Assembly (NCBI GenBank): GCA_965240325.2
Contig: OZ251238.1
Location: 1,054,001-1,118,000, forward strand
Source: Rebecca billardiae RCC1528
Taxonomy: Eukaryota; Protista; Haptophyta
Direction: 5' to 3'
DNA: 64,000 bases
Shown piece after piece: positions 1-13,014 of the stretch (position 1 is the stretch's first letter; each line of letters starts with the position of its first letter). The position numbers and the translations under genes were made by a program. The notes under the pieces were generated by a model, which was not told the DNA's origin, made no database searches, and saw only the letters and a program-made list of their open reading frames with translations.

Positions 1-1903
1 CCCGCGATTGCCTGTATGTCGAATCAATGCGACAGCAGCACAACACCTGATCCGCCGTGAGTACAGCTGAATAATCCATTATTATTAAATGGCATGCGTG
101 TGCAGCTGCTCGTTTATTTATAGTTCAGTCGTCAGCAGCTTCTGTCCTGCCCGTATTAATTACGCGATAACAGTCAGAATTAGGCACGCCGTACTCGGTA
201 ATGCGACTACGCTGCGTGATATTTTAAAAAGCCTGCATCTCTAGTCACTGGGACCATGGGCATGGTCGGACTGGCTTCGTCTGGCATCCGCATGGTGCAT
301 GCTGACGTCATCTATGAACTATCGCAGCATCATGTATTCTGTGAGGTGCGCTGCTCGTCCGCGCCACTCCGCGAGAATCAGCCAATGACGGCAGTACAGC
401 CGCTGATCCTTGGCTGAAGGTTTCGCGGCGAGTGGCGGCAATCAGGCGCACCGCACGATGCATTGTTGTGCCCACGGAATGCGCATGCAATGGAAGCAGT
501 GGACCAGGCAGCTGCGCCGCCTAGCCCTCGTCATGGAAGAATGCCACCTGCGCGGAAGGCATGGGCGATGGTGACGCAAGCGCATTGGCAATGAGAAAGC
601 GCGGTGCCCCAGCTTCCCGCGCGGTGCGGTCTGCGCACACACCTGTCTGCACAGAGGTGGTGGAGGTACATTCCCACCCCCTATCGCGTGACATCTAGCA
701 CCGGAGATGCTCAGCCGCTCGAGTGAGTGGTAGACCGTCTCCGAGCTGCACCGTCGGGCATTGTTGTCGTGTGCTGCGCATCTTGCAGCGACGTCCAAAG
801 TCGACAGCGACGCGACATGCGGACGCTGGTGGTGGTAGGTGTTGGTCTCGTCGAGCCCCTCACGGATGCGCGCGTCGCTATCGGCACTTGCCCAGGCGAC
901 AGGCCCAGGAGCCGCTCCGCCGCCGTCATCCGCATGCATCGAAACCTCGGTGGGCCGTCTCGCCGCCGACGAAGGCCGTGTCCGCCCTTTTGGCCGGTGG
1001 CCAACCGGATTTCCCACCGAAGTCATTATTACGGGCGGCACAGTTTAGTCAAGTACGACTCTTCGGCCGCAGGGCGCATCAAACCGGCATCAAACTCCTT
1101 TTGCCCAACTCCTTTTCGACGATCAACCGAGGTGAATCATTCAAGTTCAATTCTGTGAACCGTGCAGGAAGACGGCTTCTGCGCAATGTTCTGGCCTTCT
1201 GGATCCTCGCGTGACTAAATCTGGTGAGAAAAGCTACTACTGTACCGTATAGAGGGGGGTTGGAACTCACCGTTGGAAGTTGGCGCCCAGCGCTCACTTT
1301 CACTTGCTCATCAGTTCACAGTTGCCAGACGGGCCAGGCGAACTAAATAAACGCCGTCGAAAATTATCAGACTGCCTTATCACAGCAGGCTGGCATTGGC
1401 CATTGCCGCGCGCCGCCCCTCACTCGCCGTCACTCGGGCCCGTCAGGCGGCTCATAACCAATATACATATAATTGCGACGGCAGTGCCGCGCCCCGGCCC
1501 CGGGCCCCGTGGCTGCCGGCCGCGATTGCGGCGCGCGCATTGTCGATTCACATGTCACGATTGTGCGGGCGTCGTCGTCGACGTCGGCCCGCGGCCGGGG
1601 CCCAGGCCCCGAGCCCGGCGAGTCCGGCCGGACGGCCGGCCGCCGCGCAGGCTGACTGGCGTCGCACCGTCATAATCTATAGGCCTAGCACTGAGACTCT
1701 GCATGAGACATGAGTGGCTATGCATCGGAAGGTCAGCCTTGAAGTAGATTTAGTAGGGGACGTCCAGCACTCGCAGCAGTCGCTCAGGCACCGATAGAGT
1801 CGTACTCGTAAGTCGAAATCTAATTAATTAATATCGTATATGAGCAGTACAGCTGAATATGTGGATCCGGATCCGACACTTTCAACCGTATCCGCGACTC
1901 TCA

Positions 1904-2120
<217 letters not shown>

Positions 2121-2243
2121 ATGTACGACGTATAATAATAGCTAGACAAGGCTCGATCATCAGTCGCCTATATACTCAAATAATAGTACGAATAATTATA
2201 CCGTAGTTATTGTCATAATACGACTGTATTGATCAGTACTACC

Positions 2244-3410
2244 TCACGCCAGCCCGCGCTCGAGGAAGGCGCTCCGCAGCTCGCGGTGGTCCTCCGGCAC
2301 CGTCTCGAGCAGCACGGCCCAGCGCTCGGCGGCGGCCTCGCGCTCGGCGAGCACCGCGGTGGCGACGGCGCACGGGTCGACCATCCCGCCGTCCAGCGAC
2401 ACCGTCGGCACCTGCACAAGCATCTCGAGCAGGAACTCGTCCGCGACATGGTACTTGCCGTCGCCCTCGAAGCCTGATCCGTGCGCGCGGAAGAAGCGCT
2501 CGAGCCACGCGCGCGAGGGCGCGGAGCGCTCGTCACGCTCGAGCGCGCGCATGGCGCGGCGCACGCCCTCCCGCGTCGCGAGCCGCTTGAGCAGGTCGTA
2601 CGTGCCCCCGCGGAACGCGCTCTTGTCCGTGCCCTCCGCCTCGTGCGCGAACGTCGGATAGAGCGCTTTCCGGCGCGTGTCCTCGCCCTCGGCCGCGATC
2701 GCGTCGTACGCGCGGCGGATCTCGGCGTTCTCCTGCGACATGCGGCGCAGGTCGGAGGACGCCTCGGCGGCCACGTCCGCCGCGCAGTCGAGCAGCCGCA
2801 TCGCCAGCCGCTGCGGCACGATGTCGAACTCCATCCGAAGCACTTTCGGCTTCATGTACGGGTTGTTCTTCGAGCCCGCGCGGTTGCGCGCGACTGACTC
2901 GACCGTGATCGAGGTGGGCGGCTCCTCGAGCAGGCGGTGCACGTAGCTCCTCCACGGGTGCGCCAGCCCGTCCAGCCCGTGGTACTGCCCGATACCGGGC
3001 AGCTCGAGGAATCGCTCGAGCCAGTCGGCCGTCGGCGTGTCGCGGCACGTCTGCAGGTAGAACATGAGCGTCTGCAGGCTGCGCTGCAGCACGAAGCGCT
3101 TGATCAGCTCGTCTTCGTCGATCGGCTCGGGCTGGTCCGCGAGCATCGCCACCACGCCGCGCCGGCGCGACTGAGCGGCGGCGGCGCGCGTGCGCCTCGA
3201 GAGCTGGGAGTCTGCCGCCGCCATCGCCGCCGCCGCTGCCGCCGTCGACGGCGCGGAGACACGGACGGCGTGGAGGGCGGCGGCGCGCGCGGGCAAAGCG
3301 GACGTACCCGGGCGCACCGCAAACGACACCGCCGCGCGCACCGCGACGGGCGCCAACGCCGCCGCCGCCCAGAGCGCGCGCCACCGAGCGGAGTGGCTGC
3401 GCGGGCGCAT
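2244..3410 (-). CDS. Putative plastid-targeted protein with two tandem RbcX-like helical domains
   Basis: Intronless ORF, ATG at 3410. Signal peptide ending ..AAVS-F, then an Ala/Ser/Arg-rich transit-like stretch. Two internal modules share a 'WLERF' core and 'PQRLAMRLL..VAAE' / 'PCAVATAVL..REAAAE' helices that resemble RbcX. Gene is solid; family call is tentative. Confidence 0.75.
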   Translation of the reverse strand: MRPRSHSARWRALWAAAALAPVAVRAAVSFAVRPGTSALPARAAALHAVRVSAPSTAAAAAAMAAADSQLSRRTRAAAAQSRRRGVVAMLADQPEPIDEDELIKRFVLQRSLQTLMFYLQTCRDTPTADWLERFLELPGIGQYHGLDGLAHPWRSYVHRLLEEPPTSITVESVARNRAGSKNNPYMKPKVLRMEFDIVPQRLAMRLLDCAADVAAEASSDLRRMSQENAEIRRAYDAIAAEGEDTRRKALYPTFAHEAEGTDKSAFRGGTYDLLKRLATREGVRRAMRALERDERSAPSRAWLERFFRAHGSGFEGDGKYHVADEFLLEMLVQVPTVSLDGGMVDPCAVATAVLAEREAAAERWAVLLETVPEDHRELRSAFLERGLA

Positions 3411-4661
3411 CTCGGCAACGTGTGCTGCTGCCGAGACGCGCGCGGACCGGCGTGTGTGCACCACCGGTCGCTCTCCGGATCAGAGACGGTTGCCGCGCCA
3501 AAAAACGGATAACCGTAAAGAAGAAATGGTCCGCGGCCGTCCGGCCGTGCTGCGCAAACGATGTCCTCGCCAGCACTCAGCAGCGCTCCCTCTGTCCATC
3601 CAGCGCCGTGACCATCCCGCAAGGTTCCCTCACCTTCTAGACGACGATCTCTGGTTCCAGCATAGGAGACAGTCGAGGTCGGAGGTGTGGCCCGTGCGAG
3701 TGACGGAGTGACCAGCCCGCAGCCGGCCAGTCCTCGTGTGCGGTGTGGCGCCACCTGTGCAGCACGACTTCGGGTTCCGGCATAGCTTCCCCCTGGCTGT
3801 GCTCGTGCTGGCTAACCTGACTGACGCGCATCAGTCGGCTGTGACGTCTGACACGATCCGCGGTAAACTATACGAATCTTACGAACGCGCCCTGGTGCCG
3901 GCCAGGCGCCGCAGACGCACTGCGAGCGAGCCAACCGCGCCGTGCACTGGCCGGTTGACCCACAAGTGGCCATACGGCGAGACGTCACCAGGCACCTGTC
4001 GCACGAGTCGCACGTTAATTAACGTGGTGCGCTCCCTCCGCCCCCCTGCCGATTCAGACTTGATGCCCGGCGCCACACCTGACACACACCAGCTCACTAC
4101 CCCAAGGCCCAGATGTGAGAGGTAAAATGGAGTCTGGGGTGCCGGCCGGAGCCCATCAAGCAGACACGCCTGCGGCTGCTGCAGCCGCAACGTGCTGGCA
4201 ATGACACAGGGGACCAAGACCACCCCGTCCGCACCAAGCCATCCGCGATTGTGGTCATCCAGCCGCCCGAGGAGCCAGCCTCGCACGAGCAGGCGGACGC
4301 CCGACCACCTGAGCGCGGCACCTGGCCGCAGCACATGCCACACAACGGTGGCGCAGCTGCCAAGGGCAAGGCAACGCAGAAGGACGCAATCGTGCGGCCA
4401 GCGTCGTAGCGGGCATCCATCCAACCCACACGGGAGGCCCGCAGCCGCCTAGCAGCCCAGCCCAGCCCGTCACAGTCAGTCACAGCACTGGCTCTCGTGC
4501 AGCATCCGCACCCTGCGAGCACGGAGAGTTCAGGACGCAACGCAGGGCGGCGCGCGCGCGGCAGACGAGCCAGGCCGTCACCGCCCGCCTCCACAAGCCG
4601 GCCCCCCGCGCGCGGCGCGGCGCGCGCCGCGACCCTCGGGTCGAACCGGGACGCACTGCTG

Positions 4662-5235
4662 GCACGCCGTGGCGCAGCGCGACGGGCGCGGCGCGGCGAG
4701 GTCGCATGTGCTTCCCCCGGGGGGCTGAGCGTACTGGCTGAGGCCCCCACGCGCGGCGGACTCCGTGCGCGCCCCGCCTGATGTGCGCGCGGCGCGCAGC
4801 CGCAGCGCGCGGCGGGCCGGTGCCGGTGCGTATTCGGTCTCGTCGGCACCTGTGCTCGGTCTCGTCAAAGCATTACCCGCATCGGCCCCCAGGCGGCCCC
4901 CTTTAGCGCGGTCCTCGACAGCGAGGCCAACCATCGACGCTTGGAAGCCTACGGCCGCGCCAAGCGACGGCGCCGAGCGGGCGCGCGCGCGCGGAACGAG
5001 AGGTAGACTCCCGTAGCGTGCCTCCACACCCCGCCCGCGCCAGCGCACCCGCTCGCGGCTCTCTTTCCGCTCCGCGGCGGCGCGCGGCACCCGAGCCGCA
5101 CTGAACGCGTGCACGGCGCACGCCGTGGCGCGGCGCGACGGGCGCGGCGCGGCGCGCTCGGAGTGAACTCGCCCGGGGCTCCGAGCGTACGGGCCGACGC
5201 GCCCGCGCGCGGCGCGCTCCGCCCGCGCCCCGCCA
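4662..5235. repeat. Degenerate direct repeat pair of about 120 bp (about 4662-4778 and 5118-5235)
   Basis: Both copies read gcacgccgtggcgc.gcgcgacgggcgcggcgcggcg...gagcgtac.ggc.ga.gc.ccc.cgcgcggcg..ctccg..cgcgccccgcc. Confidence 0.7.
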
Positions 5236-6424
5236 AATGCGCGTGTTATCACGAGGCGCGGGTCGGCACGCTCGGGTGCGGCGGCGCGGCCGTCGCGAGG
5301 GGTCCCCGCACTTGGAGGCGGACTGGAAGCGTCCGGACTCTCCTTGATGTTGCACAAAGCCGCGGGGGCGGCACGGTTAAATCCGGGCGTGCCCCCCCCG
5401 CGGAAAAAGCAGCTGCAGGTCCACGACTCCGAAACTCGCCATCACCGAAAAGTGATGATGCGATAAGTGATAACGACCGCAGCAGGCTCGTGGCAGCTGA
5501 CTAATCCGCAGCCGGACTGCCAGAGGCCGCAGACGTCCTCCATGCTTCGCACCAGCCGGATCGCTGGCCACAGGAAGCCAGGATCCAAGGCCAGGCCCAG
5601 GCGCGAGGACACCGCACCTTCGCCTGTCTGATGTGGGAAGCGGGCGGCTCCAGTCGCTGCTGCCACGCGCCAATATGTGAATAGTGAATACGGCGGTGGA
5701 TGGCAGACTCGGCTTGGACTTGGTGCCGCCCGAAGCCCCGCATCTCTCTTATCCCAAGGAGCACTCGTACCCAGATAAGACAGGGGTCCAGAGTGGCTTT
5801 TTGGAAACAATATCATCATATGTACATAATCTAGTCCACACAGTGGACGGCAGTGATCGTTGACGTTGGCACTGGGCGGAGGGCTCTGGCCAGGCTGACG
5901 GATTAGTCAATATTAGAACGGGTTGAGTTCACTCTCATTCGGGAGGATTCGCCGATTCGCGAGCGCCCGTCGTCGCGCGCCCCTTCATGGCCTTCATCAG
6001 CATGCTCTTGGTGACTTGGTCATTGCCACCGCCCGCACCGCCGCGCTGGCCTGCGTAGTGCGTGCACACGCCGGCCCTGATTTATTCTGATTCGATCTTG
6101 AGCCGTGATCGAAATTCTTATTATATATTCGACTACTGCTCTCTAAACTACTACTGTCTAATTCATTATAATTATAATAATAATAGACTCGGATCGGCAG
6201 TCGTCGCGCGTAGCTAGTCGGAGTAGAAGTAGTCAGAGTGAGTCAGACGGTCGATCGAGCTAGCTATTCGAGGCGCTCTGGGGCAGCGGTCAGCGGAACC
6301 CCGACTGGCAGTGGCAGTGGTGAGTGCCGAGTGGACGAGTGGACAGTGGGACCTCCCGACTGGCGCCAATAGTAGTGCCCTCAGAATTCTGATCGACGTC
6401 CGAGACCTACCAGGACATTAGTCA

Positions 6425-7354
6425 TTACGCCTCGGAGGGCGGCGGCGGCGCGATGTACTCGAACGCAGACAGCCTGGGCCGCTCCGTCGCGCCGCCCTCC
6501 CAGCGCAAGCGCACGCCAACCCCGCGCCAGATCACATCTGTGGCGAACGCGGCGCCGCCGCCAGCCGCCGCCTCGACGCTGCCACTCGGCGAACTGACGC
6601 GCAGGCCGTTGGCCAGCACGAGGGCAGCGCCAGCGTCCGTGCGGGGCTCCGGGGCACCGTCGTCGGCGTCGAGCGCGGCGACGAGCGCCTCGGCCTCGCG
6701 CGTCCGCGCCTTCGAGAGCGCCTCGGCGTCCTCCGCCGAGCGGCCCAGCCAGCTGACGACCGGCGGGACGGCAAGGGCACCGCTCGTCTCGGAGAGCGCG
6801 AGCTGCAGCACGCACAGCGAGCTCGCGTCGGCGTCGGCGGCGTCGGGCGCGGTCGGCGCCATGAGGCCGATCTCGCACAGCAGCGGCGCCTCGTCCTTCA
6901 GCTCGAGGATGCGCAGGGACGAGCGGTACGGGAGGGGCAGTCCGGAGAACTCGACGCCGTCCGACGCGGCCCACGAGCCGCACGGCAGCGCGAGCGGCGC
7001 GCACGCGCTCGTCCACTGCTCGGTCGTCTGCGTCGGCCCTTCGATGAAGCAGCCACTCCAGAGTAGCTGGCGCACGTGCTCCCGCTCGACCCAGCCCTCG
7101 CGCTCGCCGCCCGCCGCGGCGCCCAGCTGCCATCTCACCTTGAACCCGAACGGCACGGTGCCCCACTCAAGGTCTGATTCCGGCGTGTACTCGCGCGGGA
7201 GCGGGAGCGGCTGGCCGTCCTTGTGGCTGAAGCGCTGCTCGAAGCCGTGCCACGTGCCCAGGGCGCGCGCCGCGCTCGCGCCCACCGTCGACGCGGCCGC
7301 GCAGGCGGAGCACGCGCTCATCATCGCGAGCAGTCGCATCAGCACTCGCGCCAT
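6425..7354 (-). CDS. Conserved algal/plant hypothetical protein (DUF3598/calycin-like), N-terminal signal peptide
   Basis: Intronless ORF with a hydrophobic leader from ATG 7354. Motif 'LGTWHGFEQRF..DGQPLPLP..Y.PE...EWG' recalls a plastid beta-barrel family. Confidence 0.6.
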   Translation of the reverse strand: MARVLMRLLAMMSACSACAAASTVGASAARALGTWHGFEQRFSHKDGQPLPLPREYTPESDLEWGTVPFGFKVRWQLGAAAGGEREGWVEREHVRQLLWSGCFIEGPTQTTEQWTSACAPLALPCGSWAASDGVEFSGLPLPYRSSLRILELKDEAPLLCEIGLMAPTAPDAADADASSLCVLQLALSETSGALAVPPVVSWLGRSAEDAEALSKARTREAEALVAALDADDGAPEPRTDAGAALVLANGLRVSSPSGSVEAAAGGGAAFATDVIWRGVGVRLRWEGGATERPRLSAFEYIAPPPPSEA

Positions 7355-7705
7355 CGCCGAACGCGAGAACTTCTTTTTTTTCCAGCGCTGCTCCATTTCT
7401 TTTTCATCAAGCAGGTATCAGTCGTGTCTTTTTAAAATCATAGAATTAGTCAGCAGCGTCGTTGGAGGAGTGGAGCCTGGTGCAAGGGTTGCCTGGTGGC
7501 TGGCTGGTGCCGGCCACTGAGGCCTGGTGCGGCTGGTGCGCCCAGACCCCAGTGGAGGACGGAGACTGACCGCGCGGGCGCGGTCGAGAATTCGCCACGG
7601 TCGGGATGCCCGGAGCCGCGGACGTGCGCCGCGCCTCCAGTTCTAGCACCGTCCCGCCGAAACAACTTCATCCACTGCGGTCGACGCTCGGCCAAAGAAT
7701 CAGAC

Positions 7706-8111
7706 TCACAACGGCGTCGCACCAACGCCACCGTCGCACGATGCCGCTGACGTAGAATGCCCCGCGCGTTCCGCCTTCCGCCCAGAGCCACCGGCAGACT
7801 GCCCTCGCCCACCCCGGCCACCTCGCCGCTGCCGCTGCTGGCCGTCATCCCGGGGTGCGCCGCCCGCCGCGCTGCGGCCGCCACTGCCGCCGGCCTGGCG
7901 CGCGGCCGCAGAGGACGCGTGAGCATGAGGCGGCTGCGCGCGCGCCGGCTGCGCGGCCGCAGTGCCAGCGGCAGCCGTGACAACCGCTGCCGCCCTGGGC
8001 GGTCTGGAGGGCTGCTCGGTGCGCGCGCCGCCTGTCGGCGCAGACTCGCCCCGCGGCGCGGATCCACGACCGCCGCGCGCTCCCCCGCTCTGCCGACCCC
8101 GACCCCCACGC

Positions 8112-8148
<37 letters not shown>

Positions 8149-9580
8149 GGGCACGCCCTCCGTTGGTCGCTGGCGGCGCGGCCGGTGCTTTGGCCTCTGC
8201 GCCGGCGCACGCGTACCCAAAGATGCGCGCGCGCGCTGCCTCGTACTCCTCGGAGTCCACACGCGGGCGCGGCTCGGCCTGCGCCGCGGCGCTCCCGCCG
8301 TGCACCCCTCCGGAGCGCCCGCCGGCGTGCGCATGGTTGGCGGGCGCGCAGTGCGCGCGCGGAGGCGCGTTGGCCTGCGGCGCGCCTTGGGCGCACTCGC
8401 CCGTAGCCGCAGCGCACGCGCTGCCATCAAGAAAAGCGGGTGGCTTTCGGCCGAGCAGCTCGAGCAGCCGCGGGTTCACGCATGACGGCGCGGCGGGCTG
8501 CTCACCTGCCGCCGCCGCCACGGCGCCGCCCGCCGCCGCGCCCGGATCGACAGAGTCCGGGAGCGGAAGCGGTGCCCACGGCTCAGCAGCGGCGGCGGCG
8601 GCGCTCGCGCTGTCGACGGCGCTCATCGCGCCGGACGGGCCGCGCGGCAGGATTCGGATGTGCCCGCGGCCGTCGACGGGCGGCGACGCGCCCGGCCGCT
8701 CGACGGCGCGCTCCGCGCCACCGCCCCACCCGTCCGCGTCCCCATGCGGCCGCGCGACCGGCCCCCACGCCGTGCCGCCGCCGGCGGTCGTCGCGATCGC
8801 CAATCGCTCCTGCTCGTGCGCAAGGACGCCTTCAAACACGTGGACCCCTGACGAGAAGACGGCGCGGCGGATGTGCTCGGCGTCGCGCTCGGCGTCGCGC
8901 TCGATGAGCAGCTGCGACGAGATGGGCACCGCGTCCACGTGCGGCCGCTGCCACGCGGGCTGCGCGGGCGGCGGCGCGCGCGGCGGCTGCGCACGCGGCG
9001 CGGCCGACTCGGCCGACGGGTGCGGCTGCGGCTGCGGCTGCGGCTGCGGCTGCGCGCGCCGCCACTCAAGCTCCGGCGCGGGCTCGTGCGACGGCGGCGG
9101 CGGCGCAGATGATGGGCCTACCGGCGCCGGTGCGACCTTGCGGCTCGGCCTCGGCGGCGCCGACGCCACCTTCGGCGGCTCCGCCTCCGGCTGAGGCTGA
9201 GCTGAGACGGCGGGCCAGAGGGCAGCATCAGCATGGCCGCCGCCGTGCACGCTCAGCGAGTGCTGCAGCTCCGCGGGGAGCGCGGCGTGGGCGGACGGCT
9301 CGGGCGGCGGCTGTTCCGCGTTCGCGTCCAGCTGCTCCGCCTCGCCGCCCTCCGCCGGCTCGTGCTGTGCTGGCCTCCGACCCCAGACCGCGCCTGCGCG
9401 CGAGCAGCCGCGAGGGCGGGCGCGCGCGCGCACCAACTGACAGTGAAGCATCGCCCGCGATCGGCGCCTCGCGCGTGCGGGAGAGATTGCGCGCACACCG
9501 CTTCTCGGCACGAGAGAGACGTCGTGGTGCGGGCCGAGCTCCTTGCGCAGGCTCGGAAGGTTGATCGGCAGCGGCAGCAT
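7706..9580 (-). CDS. BAT2_N (PRRC2/MOS1-like) motif plus SUZ-motif, RG-rich RNA-associated protein; exons 9580-9499 and 9393-7706
   Basis: After removing GT-AG intron 9498-9394 the N-terminus reads 'MLPLPINLPSLRKE..HDVSLVPRSGAVWG', matching BAT2_N 'PPPANLPSLKAE..NVSLVP..GTGW'. 'EEYEAARARIFG' is the SUZ signature. RGG-rich tail. Confidence 0.75.
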
Positions 9581-9729
9581 GACGCGCGCGCCGAGCAGCC
9601 GCCCGCGCTGCTGGCGGCCGGTCCGGGGGCCGGGGGCCGTCCCGGACAACGGCGGGATGTCAGCGCAGGCCGCCTGCCCGCCTTCGAATTTCAACGCGCC
9701 CGTCCACGCGCGTGTGGCCGCTCCCCCCA

Positions 9730-10200
9730 ATGCCCAAGCGCAAGACGCCCGAGCCCGCGCTGGCGCCGGATGGCGCGCCCGCCGCGGTGGCGGCGCGCCC
9801 CGAGCTGCTCGACGCGCTGCAGCGGCACTTTGGCATGCCCGCCTTCAAGCCCGGCCAGGCGCAGGTGATCGACGCCATCATGAGCGGCCGCTCGGCCGCC
9901 GCCATATTCCCGACAGGTGGGGGCAAGTCTCTGTGCTACCAGCTGCCGGCGCTGCTCCTCGCCAAGGGGCTCACCGTCGTGGTGAGCCCGCTCATCGCGC
10001 TGATGAAGGACCAGGTCGACGCCCTCCGCGCCCGCGGCCACGCCGCCGACATGCTCGGCTCGATGCTCTCGCTGGATGAGAAGATTGCGACGATGCGCCG
10101 CGTGCGCGCCGGCGAGACGCGGCTGCTGTACGTCGCGCCCGAGCAGCTGAACAACGAGAGCTCGCGTGCGCTGGTCACGTCGCGGCGGATCGCGCTGCTC

Positions 10201-10240
<40 letters not shown>

Positions 10241-12305
10241 CCTTCCGCCCAGACTACCTTCGGCTCGCGGTGTTTGCTCGCGAGTGCGGCGCCGAGCGCG
10301 TGCTGGCGCTGACGGCGACGGCGACGCCCGCGGTGGCGCGCGACATCCGCGAGGCGTTCGGCATCGCCGAGGCGGACTGCGTGCGCACCACCTTCCACAG
10401 GCCCAACCTGCGCCTCGGCTGCCGCGTCGTAGCTGCCGGCGCGGACCGCGACGCCGCGCTTCGCGAGCTCGTGAGCGCCCCTGTGGGCAACGACGACGCC
10501 GCCGACGACGCCGCCGCCGACGACGACGACGGCACTGGCAGAGTCGCGGCGGCGCGCGGCCCGACGATTGTGTACTGCACGCTGCAGCGCACGACGGAGG
10601 AGGTGGCGAGGATGCTGAGCAGCCACGGCGTGCCGGCAAAGGCGTACCACGCTGGCCTTGCCAACGAGCTGCGCTCGTCGATCCAGAACGAGTTCATGCA
10701 ATCCACGGACGGTGCGCGCGCGCGGCTGTCTGGCTTAGCCGCCGCCGTGGCGCCGCCGCCGCTGCGCCCGCCCACCGCCACCGCCACGCGCGCTCGCGCC
10801 CATCGCCGCTGCGCGCCAGCCACGTGAGAGCCGCGCCCACACACCGCCCACGTGGCCACCCGTAGGCGTGATTGTCGCGACCATCGCCTTCGGCATGGGC
10901 GTGGACAAGCCCGACATCCGCCGCGTCGTGCATTACAACCTGCCCAAGTGCGCGCGCGCGCCAAAGCGACGGAGCCTCAGAGCCGCAGAGCGGCCACGCG
11001 CCGCGGCCCGCGCGCGCGAGCACGGCTGCGCGAGCGGTCTGCCCGAGGGCAGGCATGTGCGCGCGGCCCCAGCGCACACGCGCACATGGCGCGCGCCGTG
11101 CTCACACCCGGCTCCCCTCTCGCGCGCCCCGCCCGCGCACACGCCGCGCCGCGCGCCGCAGATCGCTGGAGGGCTACGCTCAGGAGATCGGGCGCGCCGG
11201 GCGCGACGGTCGGCTGTCGCGCTGCGACGTGCTCGCGTGCGCGGATGACACGACGACGCTCGAGGCCTTCGCGCGCTGCGAGGTGCCGAGCGAGCGCGCG
11301 GTGTCCAGCGCGCTGCACGAGATCTTCTTCAGCGCGGCGGGCGCGCCGATGCCGGTCGGCGCCGTGCGCGAGGTCTCGCACTACTCGATGGCGCGCGCGC
11401 ACGATCTCGCCGAGAATGCGCTGCGCATGCTGCTAGCATTTGTGGACATCTACGGCCGGCACCTGCAGGTGCTCACGCCCAAGTACGCGGTGTACCAGCT
11501 GCAGCCCAAGGGGGGCGGCGAGGCGCGGGCGGTGCCGGGCATGCTCCGCGCCGCGCCGGGCGCCTCCGCCGCCGCGCGCGACGCGCTCGCGACCCACTGC
11601 GTGCCCAAGCAGACGTGGGCACACGTCGACTTGGCAGTGGCGGCCGCGGCGAGCGGCGTCGATCGCGCCGAGCTGGTCGCGGCGATCACCGCGCTCGAGT
11701 CTACGGGCAAGCTGGCGGTGAAGGCGTCGCATGTGGTGCACTGCTACCGCATCCTGTCGCAGCCGGACGTGCCCGCCCTCGCCCGCGCCGAGTGGCAGCG
11801 CCTCAAGCAGCGCGAGGCGCGCGAGCTCGGCCGCATCGACGGCGTGCTGAGATTCCTGGGCGCGGACAAGTGCCAGGCGCGGCTGCTGATGGGGCACTTT
11901 GGCGAGGCGGCGCGGCGAGGCTTCGCGTGCGGCGCGGGGTGCGAGCGCTGCCGCACGGGCGCGCGCGTGCCCATCCCGCCGCGTCACGCCGCGCCCGTCG
12001 CGCCGTCGGCGTGGCAGAAGCTCGCGGCGGCGGTGAGCGCGTCCGAGCTGCCAGCGGATGACGCGCAGCTTCTCGTTCGGTTCGCTTTTGGCTACTCGTC
12101 GCCTCGGATCTCGCAAAAGCGGCTCACCGCGCACGCGCTCTACGGCTCGTTCGTCGGCGCCGACTACGACGCGCTGTTCGCGCAGTGCGAGGCGCTGGTG
12201 GCGGCCGCTGGCCGAGCCGCTGCGGGTGGCTTGTCATCTGCGTCTGCTCGCGTGGTCGGCGCGCAACTAGTCCCGCCGGCGGTCGGCGGAATACATCTCG
12301 GATGA
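9730..12305 (+). CDS. recQ: RecQ-family ATP-dependent DNA helicase; exons 9730-10711, 10866-10947, 11162-12305
   Basis: Motifs [91 protein letters not shown] and a Cys cluster (C..HFGE..C..C..C). Two GT-AG introns restore the frame. Confidence 0.95.
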
Positions 12306-13014
12306 TCACGATGACGACTACGCGATACGACATTATAAGATATATTACGCTCAGTAGTACTGTATCGGATGAGCAGCGCAGTCGTAGTACGTAGTCGCAC
12401 GACCGTACTGAGCTAGCTGAATGAATCGGACAATAATCAATTATAATCATCGCATCAAGTATATATCATAGTAGCTATATTGCCCTTTGAGCCTTTCCAG
12501 TTTCCTGCTCAGGCTGTCTAGGACACACTCACCGCACTTCTTTCATCAGAGAGCTCTTGATCCTCGCAGATAGAGATTTCGAATCCCACCCGCATTGGGC
12601 CAAGAAGGCCAAGGCCATTTGTGCTATTCAGCGGAGGGAATTGTCCTATTAGTATCTATGCCTGCACAAAGAGATTAATACGAGCAGGGGAATAATCGTG
12701 GGATAGTACGAACGCAATCAAGCGTCATCAAGGGGGTTGAATGCCATTCACTAGCAGCTCTCCCCCTGCTACAAGTATATGTACAAAATCCCCACCAGCA
12801 TCACGCGCGCCATTCTTTTTTGATTTTGCGGAGCACATGCGCCGCCCCCCCCGGCCGTTTCAGCTCACGCCTCATTACCTTTCGGGGGGGCCGTGCGCCA
12901 TCACTTATATCGTCACTCATATATAGAGTCATTTCAGATTGAGTCGTATAGCAGATGCGGAGTCGTCTTAGCGGACGAACGATTACTAAGCAGCAGCAGC
13001 TAATAAATTTGGTG

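Noticed and set aside
300-1720. Several 60-200 aa ORFs
   Set aside because: No recognisable motifs or host-like codon pattern; possibly degenerate repeat DNA.
3600-5820. Overlapping Arg/Ala/Pro-rich ORFs
   Set aside because: Expected by chance at this GC content; no domain or consistent splice structure found.
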